Origin: Bryobacteraceae bacterium
GTDB lineage: Bacteria > Acidobacteriota > Terriglobia > Bryobacterales > Bryobacteraceae
Assembly: GCA_036269275.1 (NCBI GenBank)
Contig: DATASJ010000106.1
Coordinates: forward strand, 236,832 to 300,831
Length of the DNA: 64,000 nucleotides
Reading direction: 5' to 3'
Shown: one piece after another, positions 46,580 through 54,844 of the stretch
How positions within the stretch are numbered: the first letter of the stretch is position 1
How the letters are laid out: every line of letters begins with the position of its first letter
Translations under genes and position numbers: made by a program
Notes under the pieces: generated by a model
Told to the model about the DNA's origin: nothing
Database searches by the model: none
The model's input: the letters and a program-made list of their open reading frames with translations, nothing else

Positions 46580-47614
46580 ATGTCCAGGATAGAAGAGAAG
46601 ATACAAATTGCGAGCGATGAGGAATTGGGCTCGCTCGGAGTAGCGCATTTAAAGCGCTTCTGGTCGCGGTACGTGTCCAATCGGTGGGCAGCGGCGCCGC
46701 CGGACGGAGGCGGCAATGAATGGGCCGCGGACAATACCGTTTTGTGCGGGTTAGGGCTGAATTTGCACGAGACGCTGCGCTACTTGTATTCCGCAGCGCC
46801 GAGTTTCGAGCAGTTCGAGGAGTGGATTCGGGAGCGAAACGGCGGGGCCATCGATGCAAAGAGGATCGAGCGTATCAATGCGGCCTTCCGAGGCGGCGGG
46901 GACGCGAGCGGGGACAGCACAGCCGCCGCAGATCTCCCGCTGAGCCCGCAAGACCTGGCGTTCTGGCGCGAAAACGGCTACATCGTGGTGCACAATGCGG
47001 CGACGCCGGAGGGCTGTGCGGCGGCGGTAGACGCCATCTGCGAATTTCTACGGATGGATTTGAACGAACCCGATACGTGGTACAACGGGCCGCAAGGGCA
47101 TAGCATCTGGGTTCCACTCTTGCGGCATCCGGCCATCGAGTCGAATCGAAGCTCACCGCGGATCCGGCAGGCGTTCGAGCAGATATGGGGCCGCTCGGAT
47201 CTCTGGATGACGGTCGACCAGTGCGGGATGAATCCTCCGGAGCGGCCGGGCTGGCAGTTCCCAGGACCGCATATGCATTGGGACACCAGCCTGGAGCTGC
47301 CGATTCCTTTCGGTGTGCAGGGATTACTTTACCTGACCGATACAGCCGCTGAGCAGGGCGCCTTTACGTGCGTGCCGGGGTTCCACCTTAAAATCGAGGA
47401 CTGGTTGAAGAGCTTGCCCGAGGGAATCGATGCGCGCGAGCAGAATTTGGCCGCACTCGGAGAAGTTCCGATCGCGGGCCAGGCCGGAGACCTGATCGTT
47501 TGGCATCAAGCATTGCCGCATGGCAGCCGGCGCAATCGGACAACGCGGCCCAGGTTCGTCCAATACATGGCAATGCGGCCCAGCGATTTCGAAACGAACC
47601 CAAATTGGCGCTGA
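46580..47614 (+). CDS. Phytanoyl-CoA dioxygenase (PhyH) family Fe(II)/2-oxoglutarate oxygenase with an unassigned N-terminal extension of about 110 aa
   Basis: ATG 46580 (MSRIEEKIQ). The C-terminal part reads FWRENGYIVV, then HMHWD (HxD) and WHQALPHGS (distal His). The ORF-track start at 46325 is a frame extension over ispD. Confidence 0.7.
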   Translation: MSRIEEKIQIASDEELGSLGVAHLKRFWSRYVSNRWAAAPPDGGGNEWAADNTVLCGLGLNLHETLRYLYSAAPSFEQFEEWIRERNGGAIDAKRIERINAAFRGGGDASGDSTAAADLPLSPQDLAFWRENGYIVVHNAATPEGCAAAVDAICEFLRMDLNEPDTWYNGPQGHSIWVPLLRHPAIESNRSSPRIRQAFEQIWGRSDLWMTVDQCGMNPPERPGWQFPGPHMHWDTSLELPIPFGVQGLLYLTDTAAEQGAFTCVPGFHLKIEDWLKSLPEGIDAREQNLAALGEVPIAGQAGDLIVWHQALPHGSRRNRTTRPRFVQYMAMRPSDFETNPNWR

Positions 47615-47695
47615 CCTCTAAAAAGCCCGGCAACGCCGACGCGGAGGCTTGGCGATTTCCGGCCGGTGTCGACCAAGCACCGCTTGGCTGCCAGG

Positions 47696-48799
47696 CTAAC
47701 CAGTCGAGGAAGAAGCACCGCCCGCGGAAGCGGTGGCGGACAAATGACCGGCCGGCGTCCGATGGTCGCCCTGGGCCCGCTCGTCGTACTTGCCGAAGAT
47801 CATCTTGCCGGCTGTCGTTTGCAGCACGCTGGTGACGGTAATATCCACGGTTTTCGAAATCAGCCGCTTGGCATTATCCACCACCACCATGGTGCCGTCG
47901 TCCAGATAAGCGACGCCCTGGTTGTATTCCTTGCCCTCCTTGAGGATAAAGACGCGCATCGCCTCGCCAGGCAGCACCACCGGTTTGAGGGCGTTTGCCA
48001 GCTCATTGATATTGAGAACCTCTACGCCTTGTACTTGCGCCAGCTTGTTGAGGTTGAAATCGTTGGTCACGATCTTCGCGCCGCGCGACTTCGCGACCTC
48101 AATGAGTTTCAGATCTACTTCGCGGACCCCTGGGAAGTCCTGGCCGGAGATTTCCAAACGAACCCGGGGGATCTTTTGCAGGCGCTGGACGACATCCAAT
48201 CCTCGCCGCCCGCGGTTGCGCTTCGCGGAATCGGAGGAATCGGCCACCTGTTGCAGCTCGTGAAGCACAAATTGCGGCACCAGGACGTCGCCCTCCAGGA
48301 AGCCGGATTCGGCGATCTCGCAGATACGACCATCGATGATCACGCTGGTATCGAGAATTTTGGCGGGGGCCGTGAACATCGCGTCCGCGTTCAGGAAATC
48401 GATGTTCTGTAAATTGACGAGGTGCGCCTTGGCGGCGCCGGCCAGAAGACCGACGAACGCGCAGAGCAAGGGTGTCGCGAGCCGAAAGAATTGCGCCGTG
48501 GCACCACTTACAAGCAGACCCGGACTTAGTACTGAAACCAGTAGTACTCCAATAACTGCCCCGACGAAGGCCCCGGCGCATCCGCTGAGCAGCGAGGGGA
48601 GGCTGGCGCGCTGAATCCGCACCTCCAGCAGATTGATCGCCAGCCCCAGGCACAAGCCCAGCAAGGCAGAGGGCGCGCTAGTGAGTCCGAACGGCCGGTA
48701 CATGGCGGCAAGTACGGCTATTAGGGCGGTAAACGCTATGCGAAAGACAATAATTTCAAAACCGGAACGAGGCAAGGACAACTCTCCCGAATGGAGCAC
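47696..48799 (-). CDS. Membrane-anchored PIN-domain plus TRAM-domain protein (YacL-like)
   Basis: It has four N-terminal TM segments, a PIN region (ILDTSVIIDGRI, TNDFNLNKLAQVQGV) and a TRAM region (GEAMRVFILKEGKEYNQGVAYLDDGTMVVV). Confidence 0.82.
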   Translation of the reverse strand: MLHSGELSLPRSGFEIIVFRIAFTALIAVLAAMYRPFGLTSAPSALLGLCLGLAINLLEVRIQRASLPSLLSGCAGAFVGAVIGVLLVSVLSPGLLVSGATAQFFRLATPLLCAFVGLLAGAAKAHLVNLQNIDFLNADAMFTAPAKILDTSVIIDGRICEIAESGFLEGDVLVPQFVLHELQQVADSSDSAKRNRGRRGLDVVQRLQKIPRVRLEISGQDFPGVREVDLKLIEVAKSRGAKIVTNDFNLNKLAQVQGVEVLNINELANALKPVVLPGEAMRVFILKEGKEYNQGVAYLDDGTMVVVDNAKRLISKTVDITVTSVLQTTAGKMIFGKYDERAQGDHRTPAGHLSATASAGGASSSTG

Positions 48800-48979
48800 T
48801 GCCGATCAGGCAGGAAGTTTGCACACCCTCGCAAACAATGCTGCGGAGTATAACACCTAAACGAAGACTTTTGGGAGTTGGATCGTACTAGAAGGCGGGA
48901 CGGAAACTGCTGCTTTGATGCGCACAAGAGGCACCTACGCGCTTAAGGCGTAGAGGTCCTGTGCGCGAGCGCGCAGAGC

Positions 48980-49402
48980 CTAGAGGGCCTTAGCCAGTTC
49001 TTCGGCAAAGGCGCTTTGTTTGGCGGGTGGGGTGGAAGAGCGCCGGGTGTTGTTCGGCCCCCTTCTGGCTTGCTGAGTCGTAGCGGCAGAGGCTGGACGC
49101 CGATTGCGGTCCGGAGGCGGCGCCGCACTTCTGGCGGGACTCTTGCCGGATTTTGGCGGTTGAGCCGGGTTGGCTCGCAGAAGACGATCTTCGAGAGGTG
49201 CGCGATCAAACCGGCGGATGATCGCGTTCATCTCCTCCTGGTTTGGTGATTCAATGAAGGCGAAGCCCTTGGACTCTTGAGTCTCAGGATTGCGGATAAC
49301 CTTGACCGCGTCGGCGACCAAGTTTTCTGAGGTCAGCCACGATTTGATATCGTCGGCCGTCACCCATGCAGGGAGATTTCCGAGAAAAACGGTAAAGCTC
49401 AT
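48980..49402 (-). CDS. RNA-binding protein with an RRM domain and a basic Pro/Ala-rich tail
   Basis: The RNP2-like motif is VFLGNLP and the RNP1-like motif is KGFAFIES. The protein is 140 aa. Confidence 0.8.
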   Translation of the reverse strand: MSFTVFLGNLPAWVTADDIKSWLTSENLVADAVKVIRNPETQESKGFAFIESPNQEEMNAIIRRFDRAPLEDRLLRANPAQPPKSGKSPARSAAPPPDRNRRPASAATTQQARRGPNNTRRSSTPPAKQSAFAEELAKAL

Positions 49403-49557
49403 TAGTTAGTTTTGTATGCTCCGTGGGGAAGTACGAGGCGCACCTGGCGGGGTTGATCCCCCGCAGGCTATTAGCATCCTAGCACAGGGTGCGCAACCAG
49501 GTAAATACTAAAACCGGGTTCAATTCGTTGGTACGTAAAGGGTAGAACAATTTTTAG

Positions 49558-50745
49558 ATGCACGTGACCGGACTTTTGATGGGCAAAATTTCACCGCCAC
49601 GCGCGGTCGCGTTCGAAGTGCTGCGGGAGGTCGCCGAAGGCGGTTATGCGGCAGATGCGCTGCGAGAACTGAGCCGCGGCTTGGATGCGCGGGATGCCGG
49701 GCTTGCTTCACAAATTGTTTTTGGCTGCCTGCGGTTTCAGGGCCAACTGGATTACCTCATCGTTATGTATTCGGGCCGAAGAATCCAGGATCTGGATGCA
49801 GCCGTGGCCCTGGTGCTGCGGATGGCGATCTTCCAATTGCGCTATCTGGAACGGATTCCGGCGCATGCCGCAGTGAATGAGTCGGTTGAGTTGGTGAAGC
49901 GGCACAAGCGGGCCGCTGCCGGACTCGTGAACGCCGTACTTCGAAAGGTGAACCGGAGGGCGGTAAGCTGGCCGAGCGAGGAGATTGAATTTTCCTGTCC
50001 GGAGTGGCTGCTGGCGCGGTGGCGCGCCCATTTCGGCGCCGTCGCGGCGCGAGCCATCGCGCAAGCCGCACTCTCTGAACCGGCGGCTTACATTAGAGTT
50101 CGGCCGGGAGACGATCTGCCCGAGGGCGTTTTTGCGGAACGAACCCAAATTGAGGGCTGTTGGCGCCTGCTGCCGTCATCCCGACCAGGCATGCGGCTGC
50201 ACGATATCGGCTCGCAGGCCATTTTGCCGTTGCTCGACCTGCGCGCCGGCCAGACGTATCTGGATCTATGCTCGGCGCCGGGGAATAAGACCCTGCAGGC
50301 GCTGGAGACCCCGCTTTCGCGCGCAATCGCTTGTGACGTGAGCGAAAAGCGGCTTCGCGATGTGCCGCCGGTCTGCCCGCGCGTGGTGCTGGATGCGACA
50401 CAAACTCTGCCATTCTCACGTCCGTTCGACCGGATCTTTATCGATGCGCCCTGTTCAGGGACTGGAACACTCGCCAGGAACCCGGAAATCAAGTGGCGCG
50501 TCCGGGCGGAGGATTTTGTAAGATTTCGCGAAAAGCAGGTTCGAATTGTTGCCCAGGGGTTGAAGCTGCTCGCGCCAGGGGGCAGGCTTTTGTATGCCAC
50601 TTGCTCGTTGGAGACGGAAGAAAACGAGGACGTGATTCGGCGGATCGTGGCAGGCGAACCGGGTTTACGAGTCGAGCAAGCGATGTGGCGCCTGCCGGGC
50701 CGGGACGAAGGCGACGGGTTTTATGCCGCGGTGCTGACGACATAG
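49558..50745 (+). CDS. rsmB: 16S rRNA (cytosine-C5)-methyltransferase, RsmB/Sun family
   Basis: It has a NusB-like N-terminal domain. The SAM site is DLCSAPGNKT. The catalytic Cys motifs are DAPCSGTGT and YATCSL. An alternative start is ATG 49576. Confidence 0.88.
   Translation: MHVTGLLMGKISPPRAVAFEVLREVAEGGYAADALRELSRGLDARDAGLASQIVFGCLRFQGQLDYLIVMYSGRRIQDLDAAVALVLRMAIFQLRYLERIPAHAAVNESVELVKRHKRAAAGLVNAVLRKVNRRAVSWPSEEIEFSCPEWLLARWRAHFGAVAARAIAQAALSEPAAYIRVRPGDDLPEGVFAERTQIEGCWRLLPSSRPGMRLHDIGSQAILPLLDLRAGQTYLDLCSAPGNKTLQALETPLSRAIACDVSEKRLRDVPPVCPRVVLDATQTLPFSRPFDRIFIDAPCSGTGTLARNPEIKWRVRAEDFVRFREKQVRIVAQGLKLLAPGGRLLYATCSLETEENEDVIRRIVAGEPGLRVEQAMWRLPGRDEGDGFYAAVLTT
50693..50739 (+). repeat. 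Left copy of a 47-nt direct repeat (the rsmB 3' end) flanking the vapBC cassette
   Basis: TGCCGGGCCGGGACGAAGGCGACGGGTTTTATGCCGCGGTGCTGACG. It is 46/47 identical to 51488-51534, and weaker similarity continues for about 16 nt. Confidence 0.95.
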
Positions 50746-50812
50746 GGTCCGATCGGTAGAAGGGTTTTGGCCGGCGCGAACGGGGCCCGGGAATGGACGG
50801 CGCGCGCGATTT

Positions 50813-50841
50813 TGCCTGCGCGTTTTGCTATCATGCAGGCA
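50813..50841 (+). promoter_or_regulatory. Candidate VapB operator: inverted repeat TGCCTGC-N15-GCAGGCA abutting the vapB start, preceded by the direct repeat GCGCG(A)TTTTGC x2
   Basis: The arms lie at 50813-50819 and 50835-50841. The function is inferred only from the usual autoregulation of type II TA promoters. Confidence 0.3.
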
Positions 50842-51095
50842 TGAAAAAGCAGGCAGACGTTCTGCAGTATACAATTCGGGGCATACCGCGCGACGTCGAC
50901 CGGATACTTCGGCGTAAAGCAGTGCAGCGAAAGCAGAGCCTGAACCAAGTGATCCTGGATGAACTCACGCAGGCTACCATCGGCTCCAAAATGAGAGCGG
51001 ATTTTTTGGATCTGGTGGGCCGATGGACACCTGATGCGGCGTTCGACGAAATTGTGGCAGCGCAGCGGCAGATCGATCGAGATCAATGGAAATGA
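50841..51095 (+). CDS. vapB: Type II antitoxin, FitA/VapB-like ribbon-helix-helix
   Basis: 84 aa starting at ATG 50841. YTIRGIPRDVDRILRRKAVQRKQSLNQVILDEL resembles FitA-like RHH antitoxins. It is followed immediately by a PIN toxin gene. Confidence 0.75.
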   Translation: MKKQADVLQYTIRGIPRDVDRILRRKAVQRKQSLNQVILDELTQATIGSKMRADFLDLVGRWTPDAAFDEIVAAQRQIDRDQWK

Positions 51096-51475
51096 GAGTG
51101 GCGTTAGACACGAACCGGCTCACCGATTTGCTGCGGGGCGATCGGGAATTGGCAAAGCGGCTAGGAACGGCTGAAGAGGTCTGGATTCCGCTGTTTGTTC
51201 TAGGCGAGATGAAGGCAGGATTCTACGGCGGCAGAGAGCGCGTTCGGAATGAAGCGCTATTACAGAAACTGCTCGCGAAAACGACGGTGAATGTGCTGCT
51301 TCCCGGCGCTGAAACGGCGGAACAGTACGGCCGCCTGTTTGTTCAGCTCAAGCGGGCCGGCACCCCCGTCCCGAATAATGACCTCTGGATCGCGGCTCTC
51401 GCGTTGGAGCATAATCTGGTACTGGTGACGCGCGACCACCATTTCGAGCGCATTCCGCAGTTGTTGTGCGCGTAG
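51086..51475 (+). CDS. vapC: Type II toxin VapC (PIN-domain ribonuclease)
   Basis: The acidic residues of a PIN domain are present: ALDTN, VLGEM, NDLWIAA and VTRDHHF. The start is either ATG 51086 or ATG 51092; the latter forms an ATGA overlap with the vapB stop. Confidence 0.85.
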   Translation: MEMRVALDTNRLTDLLRGDRELAKRLGTAEEVWIPLFVLGEMKAGFYGGRERVRNEALLQKLLAKTTVNVLLPGAETAEQYGRLFVQLKRAGTPVPNNDLWIAALALEHNLVLVTRDHHFERIPQLLCA

Positions 51476-51487
51476 GGCTCACTCGCT

Positions 51488-51534
51488 TGCCGGGCCGGGA
51501 CGAAGGCGACGGGTTGTATGCCGCGGTGCTGACG
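51488..51534 (+). repeat. Right copy of the 47-nt direct repeat (a relic of the rsmB 3' end with its own in-frame TAA at 51538-51540)
   Basis: TGCCGGGCCGGGACGAAGGCGACGGGTTGTATGCCGCGGTGCTGACG. It would encode PGRDEGDGLYAAVLTR-stop. It abuts the stop of the convergent GNAT gene. Confidence 0.95.
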
Positions 51535-51536
51535 CG

Positions 51537-52232
51537 CTAAGGTTCGATCGCCGTCAACGCGGAAAGCGACGCCTTCTGCGTTCCCTGCGCAGCGAAATTC
51601 GCGGGGCGCAGCCAGCGTTCGAGCGCGGCTTTCCGCGCGGGCCACTCAGAATCGAGCATCGCGAACCAAGCTGTGTCACGGCTCCGGCCCTTGACGATCA
51701 TGTGCTGGCGAAATATGCCTTCAAACTGGAATCCGAGCCGCAACGCTGCCCGGCGCGACGCATCATTTAACGCATTGCACTTCCATTCGTAACGGCGGTA
51801 ACCCAGAGTCTCGAAAGCATGGCGCGCCATCAGATACATTGCTTCAGTTGCCGCGACGGTCCGCTGCAGAGCCGGCGTATAAAGAATGTTGCCGACCTCG
51901 ATCGAGCGGTGCTCAGGCGTGATGCGCATATATGCCGCGTGGCCGAGAGCACGGCCCGAGCGAGCGTCTAAAAGAGCAAAGAAGAAAGGATCTTCGCTCG
52001 CGCTCTTGGCGCGCAGGTGCGCGTCGAAGGTCTCTCGGTCATAGAATGGGCCGTGAAACATATAGGTCCATAGATGCTCATTGGCTGTGCCGCCCGCGCC
52101 TTGCCACAGCGATTCCGAATCGCGCTCGCAATCGAGAGGAGAAAGCGCGATGTAGCTGCCCGTCAGGAGCGTGCGTTCGGGCCGCTTCGCCGGCGCCGAA
52201 TCGACCAGCGGGCCGAGAGGCTCGCGTGACAT
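51537..52232 (-). CDS. GNAT family N-acetyltransferase (RimJ/RimL-like, Acetyltransf_3)
   Basis: The start is taken at the internal Met (MSREPLGPL, ATG 52232), which forms a TGATG overlap with the upstream stop. The core reads IEVGNILYTPALQRT, YRRYEWKCNALNDASRRAALRLGFQFEG. The ORF-track start is 52379. Confidence 0.8.
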   Translation of the reverse strand: MSREPLGPLVDSAPAKRPERTLLTGSYIALSPLDCERDSESLWQGAGGTANEHLWTYMFHGPFYDRETFDAHLRAKSASEDPFFFALLDARSGRALGHAAYMRITPEHRSIEVGNILYTPALQRTVAATEAMYLMARHAFETLGYRRYEWKCNALNDASRRAALRLGFQFEGIFRQHMIVKGRSRDTAWFAMLDSEWPARKAALERWLRPANFAAQGTQKASLSALTAIEP

Positions 52233-52897
52233 CAAAGCTTTAAGGCCAAGGTGAGGCCGTCCCCAACCGGCAACAGGACCGAGGCCACTCTGCCATCGCC
52301 GTGCAGCTTTTGATTCAGCGCCCGCAGAGCGACGACATCGCGATCGCGCGTGCCGCCATCCAGCACCTCGCCTCGCCACAGCGTGTTGTCGATGGCGATC
52401 AAACCCTGGGAGCGCACCAGTTTTAACGCGAGCTCGTAGTACACGTCGTAGCTCGCTTTGTCCGCATCGATGAAGGCGAAATCGAACGTTCCGGCCGCGC
52501 CTTCGCCCAGCAGAGCCTGCAACGTTTCCGCGGCGGGTCCGAGACGCAAGTCGATTTTACCCTCCACGCCCGCTTCTTTCCAATAGCGCCGCGCCATGCG
52601 GGTGAATTCCTCACTCGAATCGAGCGCGACCACTTGCCCGTCTGGCGGTAACGCCAAGGCCGTCGCGGTGGAGCTGTAGCCGGTGAAGACCCCGATCTCG
52701 AGCGCCTTACGAGCGCCTATGGCGCCCAGCAACACGCGAAACAGTTGACCCTGCTCCGGCGTAATCTGCATTTGGGCGTTGGGGTAGCGGGCCGTTTCTT
52801 CCCTAAGCCGGCGCAGCACCTCCGGCTCATTCACGCCCACGGATCGAACGTACTCGATGATGGCGTCGCCGGCGAGGTAGTTTTTGCTTTGACTCAC
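52232..52897 (-). CDS. Class I SAM-dependent O-methyltransferase (caffeoyl-CoA OMT-like, Methyltransf_3)
   Basis: ALEIGVFTGYSSTATALALPPDGQVVALD, FDFAFIDADKASY and GLIAIDNTLWRGEV are present. Confidence 0.88.
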   Translation of the reverse strand: MSQSKNYLAGDAIIEYVRSVGVNEPEVLRRLREETARYPNAQMQITPEQGQLFRVLLGAIGARKALEIGVFTGYSSTATALALPPDGQVVALDSSEEFTRMARRYWKEAGVEGKIDLRLGPAAETLQALLGEGAAGTFDFAFIDADKASYDVYYELALKLVRSQGLIAIDNTLWRGEVLDGGTRDRDVVALRALNQKLHGDGRVASVLLPVGDGLTLALKL

Positions 52898-52985
52898 GCT
52901 TCTATGACTTTCGCATGGCGCGAGTCGGGCAAATGGGCGATTTCTAAAAATGCCCTAGCTATTTCCCGAGCGATACATTATTTTA

Positions 52986-53807
52986 ATGAATACGGGTCGG
53001 GCGATATCACGCCTGTTTGTGAAATCGGGTTTGGGGCAAAGCTGGATGCAGCGAAATTTCGACGAGAACAGACTGCCTTCTGTCGCCGTACTTTTCTGGT
53101 TGTTGCTGCCCGGCCTTCTTGCTGGGGGCGCCGGCGGCCTCAAGAACATGGGCAACCGGCTTGAAGGCATTCAATTGAGGCTCGAAGAAGCGGCAAACTA
53201 CCAAGTTCGAGGTTTCGTGGTTCCTGTGGATGAGACCGGTCCCTTCAACGCGGCCACATCCCTCCATATCGCCTACTTTAGTCCCGACGACCACCCCCTT
53301 TTTGGGGACGCACAGGAGATATACGACAACAATCACTATCACATGCAGCCGTTGCGATTACGGTCTGTGCCCAATTCATGGGCGGAGTTCTCCGGTTGGC
53401 CGGCGCGCGACTTCTTGTTGCCGCTTAGCATCGCCAGAGATCAACTGACGGTCGTGATTCGCCGCGACACGCGAGATATTGATGCAACTGAATTCATTCC
53501 CGCCATCCTTTTCGAAAATCGTCGTCCGGCCGTGGTCGAGCGCTATTCGCTCTACTGGGCTACGCAGCGAGCACTTACCTCCCTCACTTACGAACTAGTA
53601 GGTCAGAACGGCTTTCACACTCGGACCGAATATAAAGGCCCGGACGGCAGCGGAGCTGTAGAGCAGGATGCCACTCATCTGCTTTCTTTCGATGTTTCGC
53701 ACTTACCTCAGGGTTGGTGCTTCATTCGCCTGTATGGCCGTTACCCCAACAATTTCGACGAGTTACGCGCGGAGTATCGTTTCTATCACAAGCCGGATGT
53801 CAATTGA
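52986..53807 (+). CDS. Hypothetical protein with an N-terminal signal/anchor; no recognised domain
   Basis: 273-aa ORF (alternative Met at 53046) with the hydrophobic segment SVAVLFWLLLPGLLAGGAGG followed by a soluble region of about 220 aa. Its stop overlaps the next start (TGATG at 53805-53809). Confidence 0.5.
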   Translation: MNTGRAISRLFVKSGLGQSWMQRNFDENRLPSVAVLFWLLLPGLLAGGAGGLKNMGNRLEGIQLRLEEAANYQVRGFVVPVDETGPFNAATSLHIAYFSPDDHPLFGDAQEIYDNNHYHMQPLRLRSVPNSWAEFSGWPARDFLLPLSIARDQLTVVIRRDTRDIDATEFIPAILFENRRPAVVERYSLYWATQRALTSLTYELVGQNGFHTRTEYKGPDGSGAVEQDATHLLSFDVSHLPQGWCFIRLYGRYPNNFDELRAEYRFYHKPDVN

Positions 53808-54844
53808 TGCTTGTCGATCGATATAAATATCTTCTCGCCGCGATCGTCATTGCGGTTGCAATTAGCGGTATTTACTTTTTGTCGCAAAGAGGCCCGGCTA
53901 CCGTCGAGAGCGAGGTTGAGACTGGCGCCGTATTTTTCAGCGCTCCGCGCCCAATACACAGCAAGGGTCTATTTGCTTCGCCTGCTCTTGTCGATATCAA
54001 GATCGATTCCTATGGCGAAATTCAGTCAGTCGCTCCAGAAGTCCCCATCCGCATAACGCCGCTGGCGACTCCCATGCTTGACCTTCGGGATGTGGTTCTA
54101 GACTCCGTCGATATGGCCAATCCGCTCGACTACGAATTGCGAGCAAGCGATGGCGCGCTGGTCATGAATCTACATCGCTCTCCCTTACAAGAGGGACCCA
54201 TCTGCGCCATTCGATTGCAAGCAAATAGTAAAATCCAATGCGCTAATTGCCAAGGGCGGAAGGCGGCCCCGGAAATCGCCGCGCTTCTCACTCGCTTGAC
54301 TCCGAAAAGAGGCTCCTCCACCACTCCGATTACTTTGCGCGTCCTGCCTTCCGGCGGCCGCGTCCGCCTCGTACTTCGCCCCGCTGCCAGCCACCCCTCC
54401 GAATCAGTTCACGAGGAGACAATGGTACGTCTCAACGACGGTACATCCGTATCGTTCATGCGCGATTCCGAGTCAGCACTTCGCAACGGCATTCTGCAGG
54501 TTCCACACAAGCAGCGGCTGGATATTCAAGGCGGCGACTCATTAGAACTGGTAAAAATTGAAAATGGCGTGATCGATCGGATTGCGTTCGATTCTTCTCA
54601 GTCTCTGCTCTCGATTCGAGTAACAGCCCGTGCCCGGCAGACTCTTTATGGCCACGGCGGAGATCGTCCGAAGAACATCAATCCCCGCAGATTGCCGCTT
54701 CAATTAAGCACCTCTGTTTCCCTCAGCGCGATATTTGGCGCGCTAGCAACGCTTTGGAAGCTCGCCTCCAGGGCGCGTAAATCGTGGTCCCGGAATGCTT
54801 TTCCCAAGGAGTCCAAGTGGCCTGTTCACAAGTCCGCAGAGTAG
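53807..54844 (+). CDS. Hypothetical bitopic membrane protein (N- and C-terminal TM segments); no recognised domain
   Basis: 345 aa starting at ATG 53807 (MLVDRYKYLLAAIVIAVAISGIYFL). The second hydrophobic segment is VSLSAIFGALATLWKL, followed by a basic tail. The ORF-track start at 53714 is a frame extension. Confidence 0.5.
   Translation: MLVDRYKYLLAAIVIAVAISGIYFLSQRGPATVESEVETGAVFFSAPRPIHSKGLFASPALVDIKIDSYGEIQSVAPEVPIRITPLATPMLDLRDVVLDSVDMANPLDYELRASDGALVMNLHRSPLQEGPICAIRLQANSKIQCANCQGRKAAPEIAALLTRLTPKRGSSTTPITLRVLPSGGRVRLVLRPAASHPSESVHEETMVRLNDGTSVSFMRDSESALRNGILQVPHKQRLDIQGGDSLELVKIENGVIDRIAFDSSQSLLSIRVTARARQTLYGHGGDRPKNINPRRLPLQLSTSVSLSAIFGALATLWKLASRARKSWSRNAFPKESKWPVHKSAE

Noticed and set aside
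48930-48979. GC-rich palindromes (CTACGC-GCTTAAG-GCGTAG and TGCGCGAGCGCGCA) downstream of the RRM-protein gene, considered as an intrinsic terminator.
   Set aside because: The stems are short, the second has almost no loop, and neither is followed by a U-tract on the minus strand. The evidence is too weak to annotate as a terminator.
49505-49535. GGGTTCAATTC, which resembles a tRNA T-loop.
   Set aside because: No complementary T-stem, acceptor stem or anticodon arm can be built from the flanking sequence. I found no tRNA-like cloverleaf anywhere in the window.
50746-51540. The possibility that the repeat-flanked vapBC segment is a mobile element such as an IS, MITE or integrative island.
   Set aside because: There is no transposase, integrase or recombinase ORF and there are no terminal inverted repeats. 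The 795-bp unit holds only the TA genes and their promoter. I report it as a repeat-flanked insertion, not as a mobile element.
51343-51645. A 100-aa minus-strand ORF spanning the right repeat copy and the vapC 3' end.
   Set aside because: It overlaps vapC and the GNAT gene end, is Arg/Ala-rich and has no motif. It is most likely spurious.
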